Shown piece after piece: positions 1 to 14,300 of a stretch of 64,000 bases of DNA; position 1 is the stretch's first letter; each line of letters starts with the position of its first letter. The position numbers and the translations under genes are program-made. The notes below the pieces were generated by a model, which worked only from the letters and a program-made list of their open reading frames with translations, did no database searches and was not told where the DNA came from. Origin of the DNA: Phoronis australis (lineage: Eukaryota; Animalia; Phoronida); assembly GCA_002633005.1 (NCBI GenBank), contig NMRA01000644.1, forward strand, positions 83,735-147,734, given 5' to 3'.

Positions 1-112
1 CACTGCGCGCTGCTGCTGGTCGAATAATTTTAGCCTACCGGTCAGCTAATTTGCCGACCGGTCGACGGCCGGTCGTAGACCTATTTCCGACCGGTCGGAC
101 AAAAAATTCGTG
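1..112. mobile_element. Probable right end of a DNA transposon with palindromic CCGACCGGTCG subrepeats
   Basis: GC-rich stretch with repeated ccgaccggtcg palindromes, ending ...aaaaaattcgtg before AT-rich sequence resumes. The other end lies outside the window. Confidence 0.3.
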
Positions 113-237
113 ATGTGTGCTGTATTTTATCTTTTTATTACTCTGCGTGTGCAAGCGCAGAGTTTTACTGTTCTACGTATTTTATCTTCGTATTCTTATT
201 CTTCTTCTTCTTCTTCTCTTTCTTTTCATGTTGTTAT

Positions 238-846
238 TGTTGATGCCGTGCATCATTTTTTGTCATTGGTTATTGTATTTCATTTACTTGTTACGTTGTT
301 TATTTTCTTTATACGTAACAGTGCATCTTTCGCCGCTGTGATTGGGTTTTGTTCAGTAAGCCAGTTCTTTGCAGCGGTTCAATAGCAATTTGCATAGTCT
401 AGTAGTAGCTTGACCGGCCGGCTATTATTACGTATTAGCCTCTGTTTGTTACGCGGGTTTTGGTTGACTAACGTTTCTCGTGTATAGCGGCGTTGGTTGA
501 CAGGATCTGTAAGGCGAATCATGTGTTTTCATCGGATGCTGAAATTTTTATATTGAGCAGACTGTTAGCCAAACTGTTGTAAGTACTGAGTATTATGGCA
601 TAGTATGTTTGTACTCGTGTGCATTTAGCTATAAGTTTAGAGCGTGCATAGTTGTTTAAAGTACTGTATAGTATATTCAGCTGCTTGTTAATTGATTTAC
701 GCTTACTAGCCGAGTACTTAGACTGTGTTTTTTCTTCATTACAGATAACCGCTTTATTGGACACTTCTTATCGGTAGCAACCAAATAATAAAGTGTGTTA
801 TGCAGACGGCTTTGTTTTGTTATCCCTGTAGCCAGACGCGGCTACA
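238..846 (+). mobile_element. Solo LTR (TGT...ACA, 5-bp TSD GTTAT), BEL/Pao- or Gypsy-like
   Basis: GTTAT at 233-237 and 847-851 flanks tgttgatg...ggctaca. AATAAA lies near 787. The paralogous empty site ttgttattactcttacattc is present at ~7451. Confidence 0.8.
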
Positions 847-3800
847 GTTATTACTCTTACATTCATTCATTTAGAACAATAATATTCATTGTTATTGATC
901 AGATAGTTAAGAAATTTATATTGATATTTTTCGACCCTAAATGCACTAGGATGACCTGAAAGGGGTCAGTTAGTGCATTTTTTCAAAATGCTTATTCTTC
1001 TACAGTTTTTTAGATAGACTCTTCGGACCAAGGGTACCAAGTTTCCGGGTCAAAGGTCATTAAGTGCAAAAGTGATTTTTGAGCCAAACATTTCATAACC
1101 ATGCATGCGATAACAATTGATAAAGGAAGTTCACTCAAAACTTTTGGAGTCACTAGGTGCAACTTAGGGATCATTAAGTGCAGTTTTCTGTTAATTTTAA
1201 GACTTCAATCAGCTTGTACTTAAATGATAATTTAGGCAGAGCGATCATATTAATGGTGGTTCAAACAATTGCCCCCGAACTTTGACAACAATCAGGCACT
1301 AGGGAATTGCACCCGAAAATAGCTTGGAATTTAAATTAGATCAAGGGAACCGAGTTTCCGGGTCAAAGGTCATTAAGTGCAAAAGTGATTTTTGAGCCAG
1401 AAATTTCATAACCATGCATGCGATAACAATTGATAAAGGAAGTTCACTCAAAACTTTTAGGGTCACTAGGTGCAACTTAGGTGTCATTAAGTTCAGTTTT
1501 CTGTTAATTTTAAGACTTCAATCAGCTTGTACTTAAATGATAATTTAGGCAGAGCGGTCATATTCATGGTGCTTCAAACAATTGCCATTCAAAGTCTATT
1601 GTTCACTTGGATTTGACTTAAAATGCACCGCAGTGACCCGAAACGGGTCAAGGAGTGCATTCCATCAATTTCTTCTTCTCGGACAGGCTTTTAAATAGAC
1701 TACCCGTATTTGATAACAAGCGCGTTCTAGATAAGTGCATCCGAAATTTACGTGGAATTTAAATAGGATCAAGGGATCCGAGTTTCCGGGTCAAAAGTCA
1801 TTAAGTGCAAAAGTGATTTTCGAGCTAGACCTTAAATAATCACGTATATAGTTTTCATTCGTAAAAAGTATTCGCTCACAAACTTTGGGGTCATTAGGTG
1901 CAACTGTGTGGTCATTAGGTGAATTTTCCGTTGATATTCTTACTCTTCACTCTTGCTCTTTCTTAGTTACCAGGGACATCTCTCTCTTTCACACAAAGGA
2001 TGCAACTTCTATGCAATGTAATACCCCTATACTTCACTATGCGCATGCATACACCACACATGGAGTTGTAAGTGTGCATACGCAATTGCGTTCTAGATAT
2101 TATTATTCTTATTCTTATTCTTCTTCCTTCCTTTTCAGATTGTTAGTACTTTTACTTCCATTCGCTACCAACATTCATATTCACTGTGGTTCATAGGTTC
2201 ACCATTGTTTTTTTTTCTGGTTATAATGTTTTGACCTACAATGCTCCCGATTGACCCCAAAGGGGTGAATTTTTACAAAATGCATCTTCGACAGGTTTTT
2301 CGATAGACTTTCGATTTTTGATAACGAGAAGGCACTAGAGATCTGCATCCGAAATTTACTTGGAATTCCAATCGGATGATAGGAACTGTGCTTCCTGGTC
2401 AAAGGTCATTAAGTGCAAAAGTGATTTTTAGCTAGACCTTTCAAAATCACGCATATGATCAACATTCACAAAGGAAGTTCAGTCAAACATTGGTGTCACT
2501 AAGTGCATTTTTTGGGGTCATTAAGAGCAGTTTTCTGTTAAATTTAAGAATTTTTCAATGATCTTGAACTTAAATGATGCAGTTGGTAGAGTGTTCATAT
2601 TCATGGTGGTTCAACCAACTGCCCCTCAAATCATTTTGATCACATGGATTTGACTAAAAGTGCACCGGAATAACCCGAAACGGGTAAAGGAGTGCATTCC
2701 GTCACATTGCTTTTTCTTCTACGGTTTTTTAGAAAAACTCTTCCAATTTTGTTAACAAGCAGATACCAGCCAAGTGCTTCCGAAATTTAATTGGATTTCC
2801 AATCTGAACAAAGGAACCAAGTTTCAGGGTCAAAGGTCATTAAGTGCAAAAGTGATTTTTGAGCTAGACCTTTCATAAACATGCATATGGTTACCATTAA
2901 TAAAGGAAGTTCAGTTCCAACTTTGGGTTCACTTGGTGCAATTTTGGGGTCATTAAGTGCAGTTTTCTGTTACATTTTCAATCAGTATGTACTTAAATGA
3001 TGCATTAGGGAGAGCATTTATATTCATGGTGGTTCAACCAATTGCCGATCAAATTCTATTGATCACATGAAGTTGACTTAAAATGCACCGGATTGACCTG
3101 AAATGGGTCAAGGGGTGCATTCCATCAATTTGCTTCTTCTCCTACAGGTTTTTGGATAGACTCCGAATTTTGATAACAAGCAGGATCAGATCTGCATCCG
3201 AAATTTACGTGGAACTTAAATCGGACCAAGGGAAACTGCTTCAGAAATTTACATGGACTTCCATTCGGACTAAGGGAGCCGAGTTTCAGGGTCAAAGGTC
3301 ATGAAGTGCAAAAGTGATGTTTGAGCTAGACCTTTCATAATAACGCATGTTTTCCAGTGTTGAATGAAGTTTAACCACAAACTTTTGTGTCATTAGGTGC
3401 AACTTTGGGGTCATTAAGTGCAATTTTGTGCCAAATTTTAGACTTTTTTAATTAGCTAGTACTTACATTTCGTCTTAGAGAGAACGTTTATTTTTATGGT
3501 AGTCCGACCATTTGGCAGTCAAATTCTACTGCTCATATGATTATGACCAAAAATGCACCGAAATGAACCAAAATGGGCCAAGGAGTGCATTCCGTCAAAA
3601 TGCTTATTCTTCTACGGGATTTTAGACAGAATCTTTGAATTTTGTTAGCAAATAGGTACTAAAGAAGTGCATCCGGAATTGACTTGGAATTCTAATTGGA
3701 TCTAGGGAACGAGTTTCCAGGTCAATGGTGCAAAAGTCATTTTTGAGCTACATGTTTCATTATTACGCATGTGACTTAGATTTATAAAGGAAGTTCAGAC

Positions 3801-6317
3801 AGAAACTCTGGGGTCATTAGGTGCATCTTAGGGGTCATTAACTGCTGTTTTCTGTTAAATTTCAGACATTTTCAATCAGCTCGAACTTACATGAAGCATA
3901 CGGGAGAGCGTTCACACCAGGGACATCTCTCTTTTTCACACCAACACCGCAAACTCTAAACTCCGTTACACGGCTATAACTTCCCATGCACGTGCGTACA
4001 ACACGCGAAGAGTTGTAAGTGCGCATACGCAATTGCGTTCTAGTTCTTATATTTATTCTTCTTATTCTTCCTTCTCCAAATTATTAGTCTTACACCGATT
4101 TGTTGGCAACAATCATATTCGTTGTGATTGATACCACGATAAAGGGATTTTTATTAATTATAAAGTTCTGACCCAAAATGCACCAGAATGACCCGAAACG
4201 GGTCATGGAGTACATTCCATCAAAATGCTTCTTCTTCTTCGAGTTTTTAGATACACTCTTCAAAGTTTGTCAACAAGTACACCCTTAACAACTGCATTTG
4301 AAAGTTACTTGGAATTCCAATCGGATGAAGGGAACTGAGTTTCCGGGTCAAAGGTCATTACGTGCAAAAAGATTTTTGAGCTACACCTTTGAAAATCACG
4401 CATGTGATTAATATTGATAAAGGATCTTCGGTCACAAATTTTGGGGTCACTTGGTGCAACTTTGGGGTCATTAACTGCAGTTTTCTGTTAAATTTAAGAC
4501 TTTTTCAATCAGCTTGTACTTACATGTAAATGATTCATTACGGAGCACGTTCAAATTCAAGGTGGCTCAACAAATTGCCGATCAAATTCTATTGATCATA
4601 TGGATTTGAATCAAAATGCACCTGACTGACCCGAAATGGGTCAAGGAGTTCATTCTGTCAAATTGCTTGTCCTTCTACAGGTTTTTAGATGGATTCTTCA
4701 AATTATATTAACAAATAACCACTAAAGATCAAGGAGTGCATTCCATTAAATTGCTTTCTCTTGTACAGATTTTTAGATAGACTCTCCAAATTTTGATAAC
4801 AAGCAGGCACTAGAGAAGTGCATCCGAAATTTACGTGGCATTTAAATCGGAGTAAGGGAACCGAGTTTCCGGGTCCAAGGTCATTAAGTGCAAAAGTGAT
4901 TTTTGAGCCAGATCTTACATAATCACGCATAAATTTTTCACTGGTAAAGAAGATTCAGTCACAAACTTTGGGGTCATAAGGTGCAACTGTGTGGTCAATA
5001 GGTCCAGTTTTCCGTTCATATTCTTACTCTACTCTGCACTTGCAGGCGTAGAAAACTGTTGCTCCTGGGTTACTCTTGCTCTTTCACTAAGGAAGTGCAT
5101 CCGATGTTCACTTGGATTTCCAATCGGATAAAGGGAACTGAGTTTCCGGGTCAAAGGTCATTCAGTGCAAAATTGATTTTCGAGCTAGACCTTAAAATCA
5201 TGCATATGATTACCATTCATAAAGGAAGTTCAGTCACAAATTTTGAGGTCAGTAGGTGCAACTTTGGGGGCATTAAGCTCAGTTTTCTGTTAAATTTAAG
5301 ACTTTTTCAATCAGCTTGTACTTGATTAATTCATTAGGAAGAGCGCTCAAATTCATGGTGGTTTAACCATTTGCTGATCAAAATCTATTGTTTAAAAGGG
5401 TTTGATTCAAAATGTACCGGATTGACCTGAAATGGGTCAGAGAGCGCATTCTGTCAAATTGCTTCTCCTTCTACATAGTTTTATATAGACTCTTCAAATT
5501 TTATTAAGAAGTAGGCATTAGAGATCTGCATCCGTAATTTCCTTGGAATTCCGATCGGATCAAGGGAACCGAGTTTTCTGGTCAAAGGTCATTAAGTGGA
5601 AAATTTATTTTTGAGTTGGACCTTTCATAATCATTCATATGATTACAATTTATAAAGGAAGTTCACTCATAAATTTTTGGGGACACTGGGTGCGACTTAG
5701 GGGTCATTAAGTGCAGTTTTCTGTTACATTTCAGACTTTTTCAATCAGCTTGTACTTAAATGACGCATTACGGAGAGCGTTCATATTCATGGTCGTTCAA
5801 CCAATTGCGGATCAAATTCTATTGGTCACTTGAATTTGACTCAAAGTTCACAGCAGTAACCTGAAACGTGTCAAGGAGTGCACTCCGTCAAGTTCCTTCC
5901 TCTACATGTTTCTAGATAGACTCTCCGAATTTTGAAAACAAGCAGGCACCAGTGATCTGCATCCAAAATTTACTTGAAATTTAAATCGGATCAAGGGAAC
6001 CAAATCTCAGGTTCAAAGGTCATTAAGTGCAAACGTGACTTTTGAGCTAGACCTTACCTAATCAGGTAGATACTCTTCATATGTAAAGGAAATTCAGCCA
6101 CAAACTCTGGGAACATTAGGTGCACCAGTGGGGTCATTAGTTGCAAGTTTTCGTTGATTTTCTTACTTTTGACTCTTGTTCTGTCATACCAGGGACATCT
6201 CTATCTTTCTCACAAAGAATGCAACTTCTATGCAATGTAATGCTCCTATACTTCAATGTGCACGTGCATACACCACGCCCAGAGTTGTAAGTGTGCATAC
6301 TCAATTGCATTATCTAA

Positions 6318-7185
6318 TTCCTCCCTGATCCCGCCTGATGGCGTGACTGTTTATTTTCAATCAGGGCCTGATGCCGTCTGGAGGCGTTATCTAAACAATG
6401 TATCTCACAGGCGGATCACGCCTTCAGGAGGGATAGAAGGCAGCAATTTAATGGTTTAAGTTTAAATATATCTAGGGTATTCCCAGTTTTCTATCCAATG
6501 AGGACTGAGACACCATGCTCTATGTTAACTTCTTGTTTGTGAAGTTAATGCTTATTGGCTATTATTTCTGGAATTTAGAACCATTTCTTCACAAGCAAAT
6601 TATCAATTCAAGGAAAAACCAGGAAGCGTGTTAGCTTTGTAGTGGTTGTTGTGGTAACTTTTGAAAGGTTATAGAGATATTCCTCCCTGAAATATAGGTA
6701 AGTATGCTTGTTTGATTTGAAGACTAGAATGAAGCTAATTGCCCTGAATTGTAGCCCAATTGGTGTTACATAACACTGTTGTCACCACTTAATGATCTGA
6801 TAGGGTGCTCCTTTATTTGAACTGACCAGAAACAATAACAAAATGTTCAATTACTAGGAACATTCTACTTTGTGACTAGCACTGTGCACACACTCACTTG
6901 AAATTGCTGCCTTGATATTATACGGACATCATCTCTGCTGCTCTCTCACAGTTCTTGAAGTTTTTATTATGGAGGATAGTGTGGATACTGATGACACTGG
7001 TCACATTTAGATACAGACTTCAGTGATTATGGATATGACAGTGTGGATACTTANGTTTTAATTATGTGCAGTGCTTGTGACCTAGTGAAATACCCTCCGA
7101 CTTCAAGGGGGTAGACATTCCACAGCTCAGCCAGGCCACTAAGCAATTTATTCCATATGGTACTCAGGGTCGAATGAAATATAGT
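6318..7185. mobile_element. Unclassified insertion between HINE-like monomers
   Basis: Unrelated to the flanking array; hairpin-rich left part (gatcccgcctga...caggcggatc). No TIR or TSD could be established. Confidence 0.3.
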
Positions 7186-8321
7186 TCTGATTACTCTGCG
7201 CGTGTTAGCGCAGAGTCCAGTTGGTCCTGAGTCTTCTTCAATTTTATTATTACTCCGCGCCTGTAAGCGCAGAGTACTGTTGTTCCTGGGTTTTCTTCAA
7301 TTTTATAACTCTGCGCGTGCATGCGCTGAGTACTGTTGTTCCTGGGTTTTCTTCAATTTTATCACTCTGCACGTGCAAGCGCATAGTTTTACTGTTCTAC
7401 TCATTTTATTTTCCTATTCTCATTATTATTCTTCTTCCATCCTTTTCATATTGTTATTACTCTTACATTCATTCACTTAGAACAATAATATTCATTGTAA
7501 TTGATCCGATAGTTAAGGGATTTATGTTGATAACATTTTTTCGACCCTAAAGGCACTAGGATGACCTGAAACGGGTCAAGGAGTGCCTTTTTTCAAAATG
7601 CTTCTTCTTCTACAGTTTTTTAGATAGAATCTTTGAATTTTGTTAAGAAGTAGGGACTCAAGAAGTGCATCAGAAATTTACACGGAAATCCAATCGGACC
7701 AAGGGAACCGAGTTTCCAGGTCAAAGGTCATTAAGTGCAAAAGTGATTTTTGGGCTAGACCTTTTCATAATGATGCATATGATTACCATTCATTAAGGAA
7801 GTTCAGTCACAAACTTTTGGCAGTATATACAATTTGATCCATTACAGTGTATATAATTGCACCGGAGGAGGTCGTTTGGTGCAAATGTCATATAATTTTA
7901 AAAAATGCTGCTCCTCCTTCAGTTTTAAAGCTATCTCTTTCAAATTCGGTGCACAGGTATAAGTCAACAAGACAATTTAAAAACTTCTTTTCTAAGTGAT
8001 CGATTCATCCAGTCAAGTAAAACAGGTCAAAGATCATTAGGTGCAAATTAATTTATGAGCTAGACATTTCAAATTCACAAGTTTGATTGGCACGTCTACT
8101 TAAATTCGAAATACAAATTTTCAGGTCATTTAGTGCAACCATAGGGTCATTAGGTGCAGTTTTCTTCAGAAAATTTGATCTTTTCATTTACCAACTATTC
8201 CCAACTGTCAACCATTGGACAGCATTCAACACACTTTTCATGGGCTTTGCAATAATTCTCCTAAAGGCGCTTATAATGCACCGGATATGGTCAATTAGTG
8301 CAAAGGTCATCTAACGTTCAA

Positions 8322-11300
8322 ACGATATGGACCTGTCAATTTTTTCATTAGGCCATCAGTCAATACGGACATGTACATTTTTTCATTAGGCCATAAGACG
8401 ATATGGACCTGTCCATTTTTTCATTAGCCCATTAGTCAAAGAGGATCTTCCGTTTTTTCATTGGGCCACTGTGCCGACATGTCCATTTCTAATTAGGCCA
8501 TTAGTCAAAACAGACATACCCATTTTTGATTAGGTCATCAGTCGATAAGGAGCTGTCCATTTTTCAGTAGGCCATCAGTAGATACAGACCTGTCATTTTT
8601 TCAGTAGGCCATCAGCCAATACAGTCCTGCCAATTTTTTCTTAAGGCCTTTAGTCGATACGGACCTGTCAATTTTTTCATTAGGCCATCAGTCAATACAC
8701 TCCTGCCGATTCTTTCATGACGCCATCAGTCGACACGGACCTTTCCACTTTTTCATTAGGCCATCATACTATATGGACCTGTCCATTTTTTCATTAGGCC
8801 ATCAATACAGTCCTGCCAATTTTTGCATAAGGTCATCAGTCGAAACGGACCAGTCAATATTTTCATTAGGCCATAAGACAATATAGATCATTCCATTTTT
8901 TCATTAGGCCATCAGTCAATATAGACCTGCCCATTTTTTCATTAGGCCGTCAGTCGATAGGGACCTGCGCATTTTTCATTAGGCCACAGGAGGCACAGAA
9001 CAGTTCTCACTGGGTTTTGCCCAGCAAAACTCACATCACTTGATTTGTTTTCAGTTATTTCACATAAAAAGCCCTGCAGATGAGCGCAGGAACTTTATTC
9101 TCTCTTGTATTTTTGACCCTTTCAATCCCACTGAAAACCATGCTAGACTATGAAAAATAGGTGCAAAAAAGTGCAAAATCGGCACATTTGACCCTAAAAA
9201 CACCATTTCCCTGCCGACGCACAACTAAAACCAACAATAGATTCTGAAAGCAAATTTCCTACAGACTCCGAAAATGTGGTCCAAAAGTACTGTCAGAAAA
9301 CTAGTTTTTCAGCAATTCTTGCTTGTTTGAGGGCTACCTAAAATCACTTCCAATTTCTCAGTCGCTACCCAGCAATGCACAATAGCAGCCGAGGGCCGCC
9401 ATCTTGAAGAAGAGTGCAGCTACAGCCAAAAAAGTGGCGATTTTTATTCACAACATGTTCACAAATACAAACAAACCTCATTCACTGAGCCTACTAGCAA
9501 TGCCCACATATAAAATGCCCCCAAGCTAGGCCGACCCCAGAATTTTAATATTTTGGGATTGCAAATTAGCCGTGGCCGCAGCCTAACTGTTCAGCGCCAC
9601 CATACGGATGTGCCTATTTTTTCATTAGCCCATTAATCAAAGAGGACATGCCCTATTTTTCATTAGGCAATCGATCGATACGGACATCCCCCTTTTTTCA
9701 TTAGGCCATTAGTCAAAACTGACCTGCCCAATTTTTCATTAGGTCATCAATCGATATAGACCTGCCCATTTTTCATTAGGCCATCAGTCGATATGGACCT
9801 GTCCATTTTTCATTAGTCCATCAGTCGATGCGGACCTGCCCATTTTTTCATTAGGCAATCAGTCGATACGTATCTGCCTATTTTTTCATTAGCCCATTAG
9901 TCAAAGAGGATCTTCCGTTTTTCATTGGGCCACTGTACGGACCTGCCCTTTTTTTCATTAGGCCGTTAGTCAAAAATGACCTGCCCAATTTTTCATTAGG
10001 TCATCAATCGATATCGAACTGCCTATTTTTTCATTAGTCCATCAGTCAATGCGGACCTGCTCATTTTTTTCATTAGTCCATCAGTCGATGCAGAACTGCC
10101 CATTTTTTCATTAGGCCATCAGTCGATAGGGACCTGTCCATTTTTTATTAGGCCATCACTCACTACGGGGCTGTCAATATTTTCATTAGGCCATCAGTCA
10201 ATACAGTACTGCCAATTCTTTCACAAAGCCATCAGTCGATACGGACCTGTCCATTTTTTATAAGGCCATAGGACGATATGGACCTGTCCATTTTTCCAAT
10301 AACCCATCAGTCAATACACTCCTGCCAATTTTTGCATAAGACCACCAGTCGATACGGACCTGTCCATTTTTTATTGGGCCATAAGACAATATCGACCTGT
10401 CCATTTTTTCATTAGGCCATTAGTCAAAACTGACATTCCCAATTTCTCATTAGGTCGTCAAGCGATATGGACCTGCCCCCTTTTTCATTAGGCCATCAGT
10501 CAAAACTGACCTGCCCAAATTTTCATTAAGGTCATCAATTGATATGGACCTGTACATTTTTTCATTAGTCCATCAGTCGATACGGACCTGCCCATTTTTT
10601 CATTAGGCCATGAATCGATATGGACCTGTCCATTTTTTCATTAGTCCATCAGTCGATGCAGACCTGCCCATCTTTTTATTAGGCCATCAGTCGATACGGA
10701 CCTGACTATTTTTTCATGAGGAAATCAGTCGATACGGATCTGCCTATTTTTTGATTAGCCAATTAGTCAAAGAGGATCTTCCGTTTTTTCATTGGCTACA
10801 GTGCAGACCTGCCCATTTTTTAATTAGCTCATTATTCAAAACAGTTCTACCCATTTTTTTGATTATGAGTCGATTTTGAGCTGTTCATTTTTCAATATTC
10901 CATCAGTAGATACCGGCCTTTCCATTTTTACAGTAGGCATCAGTCAATACAGTCCTGACAATTTTTTCAATAGGCCATCAGTCAATACGGAGCTTTCAGT
11001 TTTGTCATTAGGCCATCAGTCTATACAGTCCTGCCAATTCTTTCATAGGGCCATCAGTCGTTACGGACCTGTCCATTTTTCCATTAGGCCATAAGACGAT
11101 ATGGACCTGTTCATTTTTTCATTAGGCCATCAGTCAATACACTCCTGCCAATTTTTGCATAAGGCCATCAATTTATACGGACCTGTTCATTTTTTCATTA
11201 GGCCATCATTCAATACAGATCTGCCCACTTTGTCATTAGGCCATTAGTCGATAGGGACCTGCCCATTTTTTAATTAGGCCATTGGAGGCAGAGAACAGTG

Positions 11301-14300
11301 CTCACTGGGTTTTCCCCAGCAAAACCAACATCACTTGATTTGTGACCTTTTCTTCACTCTGTCAAAAACAGGATGCAAAGAATGACCTGTTTTCAGTTAT
11401 TTCACATAAAAAGCCCTGCATATGAGCGCAGAAAATTTATTCTTTCATGTATTTTTGACACTTTCAATTCAACTGAAAACAAGCTAGACTATGAAAAATA
11501 ATAGCAAAAAAGTGCAAAATCGGCACTTTTCACCCTAAAAACACCACTTCCTTGCCGATACACGACTAAAACCAACAATAGATTCTGAAAGCAAATTTCC
11601 TACAGATTCCGAAAATGTGGTCCAAAAGTACTGTCAACTAACTAGTTTTTTACCAATTCTTGCTTGTTTGAGGGCTACCTAAAACCACAGCTAATTTCTC
11701 AGTCGCTACCCAGCAATGCACAATTGCTGCCGGGAGCCGCCATCTTGAAGAAGAGTGCAGCCACAGCCATGAAAGTGGCCGTTTTATTCACAGCATTTCG
11801 ACAAATACAAAAAACCACATCCACTGAGCCTACGTCCAATGCCCACCTACAAAATGCCCCCAAACTTGGCTTACCCCAATATTTTAATATTTTGGGAGTG
11901 CAAATCGGCCGCGGCCGCAGCCTAACTGTTCAGTGCCACCATACGGATCTGCTTATTTTTTCAAGAACCCATTAGTGAAAGAGGACCTGCCCATTTTTTC
12001 ATTAGGCCATTAGTCAAAAGTGACCTGCACTATTTTTGATTAGGTCATCAATAGATATGGACCTGCCCATTTTTTCATTAGGCCATCAGTCGATATAGAC
12101 CTGTCCATTTTTATTTGGCCACCAGTTACTACAGGGCCTGTTCAATTTTCATTAGGCAATCAGTCGATACGATCTGCCTATTCTTATTAGCCCATTAATC
12201 AAAGAGGATCTTCCGTTTTTCATTGGGCCACTGTACGGACCTGCCCCTTTTTTATTAGGCCGTTAGTCAAAACTGACCTGCCCAATTTTTCATTAGGTCA
12301 TCAATCGATATGGAACTGCCCATTTTTTCATTAGTCCATCAGTCGATGCAGACCTGCCCATTTTTTATTAGGCCATCAATCACTACGGGTCTGTCAATAT
12401 TTTCATTAGGTCATTAGTCAATACAGTCCTGCCAATTCTTTCACAAAGCCATCAGTCGATACAGACCTGTCCATTTTTTCATTAGGCCATTAGTCAAAAC
12501 TGACCTGCACAATTTTTGATTAGTTCATCAATCGATATGGACCTGCCCATTTTTTCATTAGGCCATCAGTCGATGCAGACCTGCCCATTTTTCATTAGGC
12601 CTTCAGTCGATATGGACCTGTCCATTTTTTATTAGGCCATTAATCACTACGGGGCTGTCAATATTTTAATTAGGCCATTAGTCAATACAGTCCTGCCAAT
12701 TCTTTCACAAAGCCATCAGTCGATACAGACCTGTCCATTTTTTCATTAGGCTATTAGTCAAAATTGACCTGCACAATTTGTGATTAGGTCATCAATCGAT
12801 ATGGACCTGCCCATTTTTTCATTAGGACATCAGTCGATATAGACCCGTCCATTTTTATTTGGCCACCAGTTACTACGGGGCCTGTCCATTTTTCATTAGG
12901 CAATCAGTCGATACGTATCTGCCTATTTTTTCATTAGCCCATTAGTCAAAGAGGATCTTCCATTTTTCATTGGGCCACTGTACGGACTTGGCCTTTTTTC
13001 ATTAGGCCGTTAGTCAAAAATGACCTGCCCAATTTTCATTAGGTCATCAATCGATATCGAACTGCCCATTTTTTCATTAGTCCATCAGTCGATACGGACC
13101 TGCTCATTTTCTTGATTAGTCCATCAGTCGATGCAGAACTGCCCATTTTTTCATTAGGCCATCAGTCGATATGAACCTGTCCATTTTTTATTAGGCCATC
13201 AGTCACTACGGGGCTGTCAATATTTTCATTAGGCCATCAGTCAATACAGTCCAGCCAATTCTTTCACAAAGCCATCAGTCGATACGGACCTGTCCATTTT
13301 TTTCGTTAGGCCATAGGACGATATGGACCTGTCCATTTTTCCAATAAGCCATCAGTCAATACACTCCTGTCAATTTTTGCATAAGACCATCAGTCGATAC
13401 GGACCTGTCCATTTTTTCATTAGGCCATCAGTCAAAACTGACCTGCCCAATTTTTCATTAAGGTCATCAATTGATATGGTCCTGTACATTTTTTCATAAG
13501 GAAATCAATTGATATGGACCTGTCCATTTTTTCATTAGTCCATCAGTCGATGCAGACCTGCCCATTTTTTCATTAGGCCATCAGTCGATATTGACCTGCC
13601 CATTTTTTAATTAGCAGATTAGTCAAAACAGATCTACCCATTTTTTGATTATGTCATCAGTCGATTGTGAGCTGTTCATTTTTTCAGTATTCCATCAGTA
13701 GATACCGACCTGTCCATTTTTACAGTAGGCCATCAGTCAACACAATCCTGACAATTTTTTCAAAAGGCCATCAGTCAATACGGAGCTGTCAATTTTGTCA
13801 TTAGGCCATCAGTCTATACAGTCCTGCCAATTCTTTCATAGGGCCATCAGTCGTTACGGAACTGTCCATCTTTCCATTAAGCCATAAGACGATATGGACC
13901 TGTTCATTTTTTCATTAGGCCATCAGTCAATACACTCCTGCCAATTTTTGCATAAGGCCATCAGTCGATACGGACCTTCCATTGTTTCATTAGGCCATAA
14001 GGCGATATGGACCTGTCCATTTTTTCATTAGGCCATCAGTCAATAATATCCTGCCAATTTTTGCATAAGGCCATCAGTTTATACGGGCCTATCCATTTTT
14101 TCATTAGGCCATCATTCAATATAGATCTGCCCATTTTGTCATTAGGCCATCAGTCGATAGGGACCTGCCCATTTTTCATTAGGCCATTGGAGGCACAGAA
14201 CAGTGCTCACTGAGTTTTCCCCAGCAAAACCAACATCACTTGATTTGTCACCTTTTCTTCACTCTGTCAAAAACAGGATGCAAAGAATGACCTGTTTTCA

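Larger units (their letters stand above)
136..8320 (+). mobile_element. Head-to-tail array of non-autonomous Helentron/HINE-like elements with internal tandem repeats
   Basis: 5' hairpin ctctgcg..cgcagag at 141-162 and repeated at 7190-7390. This is followed by (TTC/TTA) low-complexity sequence and internal repeats with core gggtcaaaggtcattaagtgcaaaagtg. The 3' cassette accagggacatctct...cacgc(c)cagagttgtaag...acgcaattgcgttCTAG ends at 2096, 4043 and ~6316 (degenerate). The 3' subterminal motif is the inverted copy of the 5' motif. Confidence 0.7.

Noticed and set aside
110-8314. Short hydrophobic ORFs in the first 8 kb as membrane proteins
   Set aside because: They derive from T-rich low-complexity and repeat sequence and are not conserved in frame between repeat copies.
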